Assembly: GCA_030704615.1 (NCBI GenBank)
Contig: CM060732.1
Span: forward strand, 66,216,001 to 66,280,000
DNA: 64,000 nucleotides
Direction of reading: 5' to 3'
DNA from: Takakia lepidozioides
Lineage: Eukaryota; Plantae; Bryophyta
The notes under the pieces were generated by a model. It was not told where the DNA came from. It saw only the letters and a program-made list of their open reading frames with translations, and did no database searches. A program made the position numbers and the translations under genes. This document shows, one piece after another, positions 34,260-45,267 of the stretch. The number at the start of each line of letters is the position of its first letter. Positions within the stretch are counted from its first letter, which is position 1.

Positions 34260-37200
34260 ATTGCCTGGATACTTAGAGCGGCACACGGCAGCGATGTGGA
34301 CAGAGGTTGAGCTATGGCGGAGTCGATACCTCGCGAGCGAAAGAGAGCCCAATTTCCAGTTTGAAAGTTGATTTCATTTTAGAACAAAAATGAAAAGCAA
34401 AATTGGGGCGGGCCCCAAGCACAAGCAAGCCCGCCTAGGTAGGTCTTGGGGCTGTAAGAAACAAGTGGTAGGCCCGGCGGTCAGGACTGGAGATACTCGT
34501 GTACATACCAGTGTTGGACTGGTATCGTATTTTGAACACACCAGGTTGATACTGGTATATAGGCCTCCGGCCAATTGTGATACTAGGGAGGTACTGGTAT
34601 TGGCAAAAATCTGAGATTTGGATACCATGGTGCTATCAATAAAACCTGAGTGTGGTGGGTACCAATACCAAGAGTTTTTAGAAATCGATACCAGGGTATT
34701 ATCAATACTGGTCTGGTATAAAAAACACTCATGATATGTTGAATATTGAAAGGCCGACTTCTCATAAAAATGTGTACAAGCATGCTTTATTCCTCAAAGT
34801 ATTCCTCAAGTTCCTCAAAGTATTGATACCTAGGTTTTCCTCACAACAATAGTATTAGGAAGCAAATACCAAGCCAATACGGGTATATGCTAGGTAGTGG
34901 CCTGAGGTGATACCAGACTGGTCTGGTACAATGTTGGACCGGTATCATCAACATTTCATACGAGCCAGGGTATGGTATTGTCGGTGAAGAGGCCTCCTTC
35001 ATATCCTGGCAGGTAATGGTATCAAAGTAGGTATTAAGCTTTTAATGTACCAGTCTGGTATGTATATTGCTTTTGCTTGGCCTGGTATGGTATGGTATGG
35101 TATCAGTATTTCAAATTTCAAATCTTATACTGGGGGTGGTATCAATACAGTTATTTATTTATTTATTTTTAAACTGAAAAATAAAAATCTGTCCAAATTA
35201 TACCGCTGAGGTGAGCACTTCAACTGCTGAAGTGATCACCTCATGGGCTGAAGCGCTCACCTCAGTGGCTGAGTGCCACAATTCATACTAACAAGGAGCG
35301 GGATCTCACCTGCTTGGAGCATTGTCTCATTTATCAGCCTGAAATGTGGCTCTTGTAAGGTGTCCTCAAATCACCAGCAGATTTTCGCCAAAATTGCCAT
35401 TCAGATGTCTCAATCAAAGAGCCGCAACTCTCCACGCTGCACCCTAAATCCCTAAATCCTTAACGCTCCACATATTGGGTGCAAGCGACGGTGGTAGACA
35501 TAGTACTGGTATCGACAAAGCTGCGTTCCTTACGATACCAGGCTGGTATGGTAGGAGCCCAGGTATTAGCATTTCACTATATTGCCCCCAATATGTTTAC
35601 CCCGCCTCACCCCCATATACCGGTCCAACACTGGTCTGCCAACACTGGTACATACCGGATCGCAGCTGTGTTACCCGCCCAACACTGGTTGGAACTGGTA
35701 GGAACGGCGGAACCACTTGGCTGGGTTGACTGGACTCAAAAGTGATTTGCAGGCAAGGGTGTTTCACAGCTGTTAACAATATTACGGATGAATAAGGGGG
35801 CGCTTAAACAGTTCGTCATCCTGTTGTATGCAGAACTTGATTGTCAAAAACTGGGGCAAGATGCCCACTTGTCAAGTTAAATAAGCACAGTGTGAAAACA
35901 ACTAGAATAAAGCTAGTTATTTAACACTTGGATTTAGGTCAAGTGTTAAATCAGGTGTCAAGTTTAGTTTGACACCTGAACCGCCTTATCTTCACGAGAG
36001 CGGCAGTCGCGTAGCTCATCTCTCTCGAGTTGAGCCTGCGCGACCGAGCTCCTGCATCGTTTAGGACTGAGTGTGCTTATGATGGGAGTATAGGTTGTTG
36101 TGGGGTGGAGTCCCCATAGCTTGGGGTGCCCCTGGCTCGACTTCTGTTTTAACGAGTGATAGCGATGGATTTCATGTTGTTTCTGGTGTGAACAGTGTGT
36201 CTCTTAGTTTGTTTATCACTCGAGAGAGATGACGCTTGCATCTGTGAGTGCCAGAGGTGAGTTTAGTTTTAGCACTTGTGGGTTTTATTTTAAAAGTGAG
36301 AGAAGCCTATGTGAAAGAAGGTATTACTTCCCGCAACTAAGGTTAACTGGTGCATCGCCCAACACTGAAGGCTGAGCCGATTCAATCCTCACCATGGGGG
36401 CCGGTCCAAGTACTAGCGGCGCCATCTGAAATCACTGAGCGGAGCATAAATGGAAGCATGTATTGGGGCTAGTGAGGTCACCGAGAATAGTAGAGCAGGC
36501 GGTGACGGTGTGCAGAACTGCTACAGTTACGGGGAAGCGTTGTATGAGAGTTACGGTCTAAAAAGACGAGAGGTGGCACTGTTGTTGGTCATTGGACATG
36601 ATATTATGGGGCTAATCAGTATGGACAGGGCCTGTAATAACTTGGTGATGATAAGGCTAGCGAATGGGGGTTTCATACTCAGCTCGATCCAAGTTTGGCT
36701 GCTGACGGTGGACTGCTTCCAGAAGGTCTGATTTTATGATTGATCAAACGACGAGGGCAGTCCGTGCTCCAAGATAGCAGCTCGGTTTCTTCCATTGGTG
36801 CTGGGGTTAAGCATTTATTAGGATTTCGGAGTTTCAAGAAGGACTGGTCGAATTTGGGTAACCGAATTTGGGTAACCAACACATATGTGGGCTGAGGTGG
36901 CCGGAACTGCTTTGTTGATTCTTTCTATGCGATGGCGTATGAAATTAGTAGGCCAACCAACCTCAGTACCGCAGAGAATTGAATTCTCGTTGGAAGACAG
37001 AAGTTTGGTTTAAGCAAAGACCTCGATCTCGGCTCGGCTGGCCTTGATCGCATGGATCGCTCCATGCTCTGTGACGGTGCTAGTTCTTTGGATCTAGGGA
37101 CGTCTCGATAATGGCTTCTGATCTATGATCTTTGGGATTTAGTTCAAGGTTTGTGCCTGCTGGCCATGAAGTTGATTAATTGCTCTGGTAGAGGCAGCCT

Positions 37201-38629
37201 GGCAGGTAATGCAAAAGTGCAACCAATAGCCACCTAGGCTGTCCAGTCGTGGCTAGACACTTTTGACATAGCAGAGTAGGCCGCGGCAAGGGTCTATGAT
37301 TCGGCTGCACATGCCCTGCAGGGAGGTAAGACCAAGACCAACTTCTTCGTGTGACGATCTGAACAATAGTCATAGTTGTACCGTCAGGTCTTGGAGCAGC
37401 CCCAAGAATATAGACTGTTCTACCCTGCAGATTCTCATGCTAAGATTCTCATGCTAGGAATTTCTACTGATCGGAATCTCTACTGATGGTTCACATCTTC
37501 AAAAATAAAAGTGCCCGACTCGTAGTAGGGCCCCTCCCTTGCTGGAGCGGCACAAGTGATATCCTCAGCAGGGCTCATGCACAAGCGGTTGGCACTCACA
37601 CTCGTCAATGCTTCCCTACTCGGTTCCTCTACACATGCAAGATCGTGGACTGAGACAATGAGGTCAAATCGGCTTAGCCAAGAGGGAAACTGGAGACAAG
37701 GATTGGAGGAAAATTATCGTGGTTGCCACCCCAGTGACCCTTGGCAGGTGTTGGGGCATTATCGGATGCTATACTGCCTGCACGGGATATGCCACTTTCT
37801 CACGAAAGCCTTGCAGAGTTGCCCTTCACATTGTGATTATCTGGAATTGGTAGTGGCTGGCGTGGACAACGCCGTGAGGTGGAAACCGAATAGCGAAGGC
37901 AAGTCGCTCTGACTTATTTTGATACTTTTTCCCAAGCTTGCAATTCATGTTTCAACTGCACCCATGCCAGTGACGGCACATTGATATTCACGACGTAGCT
38001 GATCTGGAAGGTACAGAGAACTTGGGAACCTGCAGGGAACGGAGGGCACAATGGATAATATCACTGATATAATTATTCCATGGATCCTGTCCCCAACAGC
38101 TCCGCAATTGAACTCTGTGGCTATGCTGACCTCGAGGAAAAGAGGTTATTTGAAAACATTGGCTCTGATCAGGGTTGTGAATTGGGATAGAATTCTTGAA
38201 GTCAATCGTTGGCCTTCAGTATTATACGATTTGTGAGCAGTGGCCCGACCTGCCTTAATGCCTCCATCGTTAGTGTGGCTTTGGTTTTTGATAGTTGTTG
38301 ACCCCACAAAAACTGTTAGTTAACAGAAAATAATTAAATCAAATCAAATAGGCCTATTGTTAATTAAATGGACAAATAGTATGTTTTTGGGATTAGATTA
38401 ACTTTGGTTGGTCATATCTTTGTAAAAAAAGCTCTGTTTGACGCAGTTTTTGAGGGGATAGCTGTAGAAAGGGGAAATCTACCTATCTAGATCTGGTTTT
38501 TGTTTTTGGGACTCTGCTAAAAATCTATGGAATTTTTAGAGTGTGAATGTGCCATGAAAGATCCACAATCCTGTTTCTAGAACCTGTTCTGGTCTACATG
38601 AGAGATAAATCTGGGGATGTACTCCTTGT

Positions 38630-39376
38630 ATGGCTGGGGGAAATGAGGACGTAATTGAAGGGCAGGTCTCATCTCTTAGCCTGTGCACACAATGGGACAA
38701 GATTTATGTTTCCCAAGGAACTCAGACTGATTTGAGTGGAGAACAGTTGGACGAGTTGATTGCATACTGGGAGTCAGACATTAGCAGTAGACAACAAACT
38801 GTAGTTGGCGTTGAGGGCCTCAATATCGCCTTGGACAGTCAGAACTTTGTTGGAGCCAGCAGTTCTGCAGCTGTAGGTGAAATACCAAAGTGGGTGAAAG
38901 CTAGGCTTGGAACACAGCCAAAGACAGCCCCGGGTACCAAGGTGTTCAGCCACAAGGCCGTGGTGTACTGGAGCAGAGGAGCAAGAGCTACACAAGTGTG
39001 TGCAATCAGACATGGTTGCAGCCGGACACGCTCTACACAAGGCAATCACGAGCGGGGGTTCATTAGCAATGACAAGTTTGTTTTGCTTGAAGGAGATGCA
39101 GTCATCCGCAATGAGGACACCCGCAACCGTCTCAAAGCTTTTGAGTTGAGAGACTATTAGACTCTACCTTTGTTTTCTTTAGTGTTCAGTGAGCGGGAGA
39201 TAGGGGAGTATTGCTTTGTTTCTACCTGGCAGAAAGAGGAGGAGGGTTGGTTAGAGCGAGCTACTGTAGCTTGGGACAAGGTTAGTGGCAGGTTTCTGGA
39301 CATAGATATACCTCCTACACCTTACCATCATGCAGAGCGAGGCACTTTGAGAGAAGTCTGGCAGTTGATAGCATAG
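38630..39376 (+). pseudogene. Extra ORF upstream of gag (~248 codons, one in-frame TAG), unknown function
   Basis: ORFs 38630-39160 and 39170-39376 are in the same frame, separated by a single TAG. No recognisable domain. Confidence 0.5.
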
Positions 39377-39896
39377 ATCAGGATTAGATCTTGCTTGGGC
39401 GGGCTTCTATTCTTCCCCTCCATCTCTGTACTATTTCATTACCTTGTACTCGTAGTTGCCAAAGCCTCTCTTGGTGGAGGCCAGTCAGTCCGGGGTTTTG
39501 GGCTGGGCTATTCTGCAGGATCAGCATTGCAGCTGGATTTTGGTGTGGGGGTGTTGATGTTTTGATTTCTTGTGTTTGGACCCCCCCCCCAACACCTACA
39601 TGCTTGACTGTGCGCCATGTTGGTTTTGTGTGGGCACTTGCTTTCATAGGGATTAGGCCGGATTTGAACACCGGTCAATCCTAGAGTATGCTGTCGGTGG
39701 TGAGGCTAGAGTGATGACCAGCAAGACCACCAGTGTTTCTTCTATGGTGAGGCTGGTTGATGACCAGCCAACCATAGGAGTTCTTGCGGTGGATGCAGGT
39801 GCAGGTGCCCTGAGCCACTGGGATATGACCCTTAAACTGCAACAGGTGCCTACCCGTGTCACTTTTAGAATTAGTAATAGAGCCTTATAGTGTCAC

Positions 39897-41734
39897 GTGG
39901 GGGAGGTGCACATTGTGAGTGTCATCACGGAGTTACCCAGGGGTTCTGAGGGGAGTACGGCTACAGGCAGTAGCAGTGAGAGTGGGTTCACCAGACGAGG
40001 TGTTCGTTTCAGACCACCTTCACCTCCACCCTCAACTAGTGCAGAGTCAGACACAGACTTGGAGGTTTCATCAACAGGTGTGCAGTTTCATTCGCCATTG
40101 TTGTGGGACGACATGGAGGAGATGTATGGAGCTACCAAGGGGCCTCGTAGGTACTCTGGAGCTGTGGGCACAATCGAGTTGGATGACTTTATCCAGGAGT
40201 TCGACAGTTGGTGTGATTTGCAGCAGATGCGCAATCCACAGCTATTCACCCCATTCATGGCGTGGAAGGGACTGTCCAGCATTTGGAAGGCCCGCCTATG
40301 GACGATTACCACGAGTTCAGGCGAGGATATGAAGCAGAGATTGAGGAGTGGAGGATGTATTGGTCACTTGACTACGTCTCCATTACTCGAGGCACGACGC
40401 GACCAGTAGTTGCATCAGTACCAATATCTCCCACTGCCAGCACTAGTAGTGGAACAAGTAGTGCCGGTATTTCTGCAGGTGGTACCAGTTCAAAAGGTGC
40501 TACTACTCCTCCTGCCACGACTACAACACATGTGCCTAGATTCAACCCGGTGGTGGAGTTCTTCCAGGAGTTGCGGAGGAACTACCAAGGTGTACGGACA
40601 GAGAAACTGCGAAGTTTGCAAGACTTCCAGCGCAAACCCAGTGAGAGCTTGCGAGAGGCCTACACTCGTATGAGGCGCTTGATAAGTGTAATCCAAGGGG
40701 TTACTGAAGCTCAAGCAATCCAGTTCTGGTATGGAATTTTGGACAAGGAGCTCAGGAGAAGGGTGCGGGATGCAACCCTGTTACAGGCAGCCCAACCCAC
40801 ATTAGCAGATGTGTTTCTGCTGGCTGAGCGGATTGAGCTCAACATAGTGGAGGAGCGAGTTATTACCATTGGATTTGGCAAAGACATGCCTGCACGAGGC
40901 GCAGCTGCTAGCCCACAGGCACAAGGGACTGCCCAACAGCGTGGTCAGGGGGGCAAGGTTTCCCAACCCAAGTTCCATGGAGCTTACAGGGGACCTCAAG
41001 TGCAGAGGCCAGTAGCATCTTTTGCAAGCCAACAACAACCAAGGGTGGTATGTTGGACATGTGGAGGACCCCATGTCAAAAGAGATTGCCCAGAGAGTGG
41101 CAGAAGGCCGGCACAAGCACAGCCTACACAGTTGCAGTGTGGGCATTGTGGCAAGTATGGGCATGGAGATGCCCAGTGTTATGACTTGCATCCTGAGTTG
41201 CGCCCAGGCCAATTCCAAAGGAACAATGGTGGCCGGGGGCGAGGTGGACCAGCCCAGAGAGGACGAGGTGGTCGGGCACGAGGTGCAGGCCAAGGGCAAG
41301 CTCAACATGGCCAAGGACGCGGTGGTCAGGGTGTTGACCAAGGCATGGCCAACCGGCTTCAGCAGCTAGAGCAGAGGCTCGCTGCAATGGCTATAGCTCA
41401 GGCGGTACCGGCTCCCAGGCGGGATGGTCCACCTCCTGCTCCTGAGGGGGGAGATATGGGAGGCATGGGATTCATGTGCGGAGCAGCACTACCACTAGAG
41501 CAGGTGGAGTCTGCTGCAGCCGTGACTCGAGGAGCATCACGAGTTCCTGAGCCACGAGGTGCACAGGTGGAATTGGATCCAGAACGTGGGGAGGCAAGCC
41601 GTCAGGCGAGGCTTCCTCAGTCATTTATATTGGCGGAAACAGTGTCGACGCCACCATGGCACCTAGTTCTCGCCCGACTGTTACTGAGGCGGAGGTCACT
41701 ATGCCATTGGGGAGAGCTACACGTGCAGCACTGA
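39897..41734 (+). pseudogene. Gag with two Zn knuckles and an RGG/Q-rich region
   Basis: LDDFIQEFDSWC; FQRKPSESLREAYTRMRRL; CWTCGGPHVKRDC; CGHCGKYGHGDAQC. Frameshift at ~40275. Confidence 0.85.
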
Positions 41735-42109
41735 CACCTGCTACCAAAGCTAGTGCAGCCGGTGTGTTGTTGGGGGCAGCCACCTCTGTGTGCCAAGCCC
41801 CACTGTTCTCGGCAACCATGATTGCGACGCCGGGGGTAAGACCAGCTGCAGTGTTCAGACTAGCAACAACACTCTGTGAGAGTGGGGAGGTCATTTCATC
41901 TTCTGCGGAGTTAGTGGAAGGTGTAGTGGCAGAGGGATCCTCGGATTTGAGGATCAACGACTGCCACGGCTGCGCCCTGGCAAGCTGCAGCTGCCAGGTT
42001 GACGGAGCTGCCAGCTAGGCCAGCCTTTGAGCGCGCCATGGTGACACCTGGAGTTGTCTTATTAGACAACCAGGATGACATTTTCTCTTTGAGTGGACCG
42101 GCAGGCAAG

Positions 42110-42430
42110 AAGTACCGGCCACTGCGGGTCTTGTTGGACTCGGGAGCTCAGCCACTGATGTTGGGCAGAGCTGCTATTGCAGGTTTGGGCCTCATGGAGG
42201 CAGATATGGAGCCTTGTCCTTTCTAGATACAGACATCTCTGGGAGGATCAGAGCAGGCTCGGGGCATGACACGGCATCAGTTGGCCATTAGACTGCAGCC
42301 GGATCATCCTATCGATGGCTCAGTGATGCGAGCCAAGGCCATTGTGACAGACGCGGTCACTTACGATGTCCTCGTTGGTGGGGCAATGTTATATCCCATG
42401 GGCTTCACCCTGGACTTTTGGGAGGAGTCA
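42110..42430 (+). pseudogene. Retropepsin-type aspartic protease
   Basis: RVLLDSGAQPLMLG…YDVLVGG, with one TAG at 42224. Confidence 0.85.
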
Positions 42431-42841
42431 GCATCCTACAGGCCTGGATGGCAATCAGGGGATGGTCGTCGTGCACAGCTCCCTGTGACATTCATTGGGG
42501 GTATTGCGGCTGCCCAACGGGGCAAGATGCCAACACTAGCCGCCTTTACAGCTGCAGTTAGTTGGCCTGGAGAGTTGCTGGAAGGCAATGCCCATGCAGA
42601 TGATGTGTCACCTCTAGCAGAGCAGGATGACATGCATGGTATGGCGGAGTTGCCTGCCATGGTTGCTCATACTCCATTGTGGGGTACGAGCAAGGATTTG
42701 CAGCAGGTTGCTGATCGACGGGTGCAACAAGCCTGGGTAGAGGCTTTTGTACCGTCAGGAGAGGAGGAGAGTGCGGGTATTGCACCAGGACCACCTCAGT
42801 TGTCACCATTGGATACCACACTTATTGTGTGGCAGTATCCG

Positions 42842-43785
42842 GATGAAGGCATTTGCCTTCTGGACTTATTTGGCGGGATCAGCACCGGATTGGCTGCTGT
42901 ACTATAGGCAGGTGTGCAGGTAAGGCGTTACCTGTATGTGGAGAGGGATGAGACTGCACGACGCGTCTCACTGCGCCATGTTGCTTAGTTGGTACAGCAG
43001 TACCCTGCTTTGTTGCCAATGTCTGCAGTTCGTGGATACCAACAAGCCTTGCCAACAGACATTTCGTTGCTAGGGGCGCCGGATTTGGAGCAGGTTGGCT
43101 CCATTGATCTGGTAGTGGCAGGTTGGCCCTGCCAAGGGCATTCATCAGCCGGGCATGGCAATGGATTGCGAGACTCGAGGACGGGTCTGTTTTGGGAGAT
43201 GGTGCGGATTTTGCGCCACTTGTAGCTTCATCAAGTTCTATCGCCAGCATACATCTTGGAGAATGTGCCACTGATGGGCGATTCTCGGGCCAGGGTGATG
43301 GCCAGTGTGCATCAAGTCCGGTCGTGGCTTGGTCAGCAGTGTTGCTGGATGCAGCTGCAGTGGGATCACGGGCTCATCGTCCACGGCTATGGTGGACTAA
43401 CTTGATGCCACCCGCACTGCTCAAGCGTGCATTTGATGGGGTGCAGCGGCCAACACACCTCATAGTGGACAGCATTTTGGACAGAGGGAGGCAGTCTCAA
43501 CGTGTGAGACACGATGACCGTTCGCCTTTGGTAGTGGTCAACAGGGTGGGTCAACCACGAGCAGCATTACCTACACTGCTCAGCTTCCCAGGATCCCATG
43601 CTTTTCGGGATGGTGGACCTGGCCTCCTGTGGGATGCTCAGTTGCAACAGTTAGTGGAGCCTAATGTCGACGAGCGAGAGTGGGCTATGGGGTTTTCCAC
43701 TGGGACCACGGCGGTGCCTTCTCTTTCTGAGGCATCACGTCGTCAGGTGTTGGGGCAAGCAATGGATCTCAATTGCTTGACCTAG
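42842..43785 (+). pseudogene. C5-cytosine DNA methyltransferase domain (DNMT3-like, non-permuted) embedded in pol
   Basis: Motif I LDLFGGISTG (42859), II YVERD, IV DLVVAGWPCQG (43121), LFWEMVRIL, VI YILENV (43259), VIII AHRPRLWWTN, IX EREWAMGF, X RRQVLGQAM. Three TAG stops and one -1 frameshift at ~43333. Confidence 0.92.
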
Positions 43786-44149
43786 ATTATCAGCTTGGCT
43801 ATGGCTGAGCAACGTAGAGTGCGGAGTACACTTCCCTTGACGGTCTCTCTGCCTACCGAGACGGTACAGGCAGTGAGTGGGGGCGAGCCGGTGAGGACCA
43901 CAGGGTATAGACATCCATGGCACACGTGGGAGGTGCTCGAGGTCCAGAGGGAGTTGGCAGCCAAGGCAGCTGTGATGGATGAGGTTGGGGATTCTTCTCG
44001 GGTTGAGGAGGTTCTCAATGATGAGATGATGGGGCAGGATGAGGCCTTGTCATTGACTGAGCAGGAAGGGAGTACTGCTCAAGAGGTTGCAGCATAGCAA
44101 CCACGGGACGCGTCCTCTACCTCTAAGCCCACTGGACTTAAGGTTGCAG

Positions 44150-45260
44150 TTACGGAGGACAATTGGGAGCCTGACATTGGACCCATTGTTACCGGAAGAG
44201 AGAGACGACGTATGTGGCGGTTCCTGAGGGCTTACAAGAATTGCTTTGCCTTCAGTTTGAAGGACTTGGGAGCACTGAAGGGTCAAAAGATTCGCATTGA
44301 ATTGGCTACTGACACGCCAATCTTTCGGAGACCCTATAGATACAATGACATGGAGCGGTCCTTGATTCAGATGAGAACTCAGGATCTTTGGGAGGCAGGC
44401 TTGGTAGAGCTCTCTGGTGGAGAGTATGCTTCAGCCACAGTGATGCCAGCCAAGAAGGATGTCTACCAAGAAGGATGTCTATGGCAATTGGACGGAGAGA
44501 CGTATGTGCGGTGATTACCGGCCTGTAAATCGTCAGACCAAGTCCGATATGTATGCCATGCCGACACCAGAGGAGATCTTTGATGCCATTGGGCATTCCA
44601 AGGTCTTTAGCACGTTGGATTTACGATCCGGATATCACCAGTTGCCGATCAAGGAGGCGGATAAGCAAAAGACGGCATTCTGGGGGATCAATGAGCACGG
44701 GAAAGATTGCCTATACCAGTGGCGGTTCTTACCATTTGGGCTTAAAAACGCTCCTGCTGAGTTTCAAAGGGTCATGGACAGGATTCTAGCAAGGGTGGAG
44801 TTTGCTCGGTGCTACATAGATGACATCATCATCTTTAGTGCTACGGTGGAGGAGCATGAGAGACACCTTCAGGGGGTATTTGAGCGCTTGAGGACGCACG
44901 GATTGAAGTTACATCCGGGAAAGTGCAAGTTTTTCCACAACCAGATTGAGTATCTGGGTCACATGATATATCCTGAAGGATTGGGGGTACATCAGACTAA
45001 GGTAGAGTCCATTGCACAAGTTCCACGCCCCACGGATGTGAGCCGAGTTCGAGCTTTCATGGGGTTAGCAAACTATTACAGACGGTTTGTTAAGGGATTT
45101 AGTGCCATTGCAAAGGCTCTAACCAAGCTGACCAAGGTGGACCAGGAATGGCAGTGGGAAGATGAGCAAGAACAAGCTTTTCAAGAGCTCAAGGCGAGGT
45201 TGACCTCGGCGCCCATCTTGAGACGACCTATTAGGGGCGTCCTTTTCAGCTGCATACAGA
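44150..45260 (+). pseudogene. Reverse transcriptase of the DNMT-bearing Gypsy
   Basis: RMCGDYRPVN, FSTLDLRSGYHQ, LPFGLKNAP and YIDD (44813). A 16-bp tandem duplication at 44450-44481 causes a frameshift. Confidence 0.95.
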
Positions 45261-45267
45261 TTGGAGC

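Noticed and set aside
34260-34352. N-terminal extension of RPP2 in the ORF track
   Set aside because: It starts at a non-ATG codon; homology begins at MKVVAAY (34259).
42842-43785. Host DRM/CMT/DNMT3 gene or bacterial contamination
   Set aside because: It is intronless, in frame with the retroviral protease and directly followed by RT, with no UBA, BAH or chromo domains.
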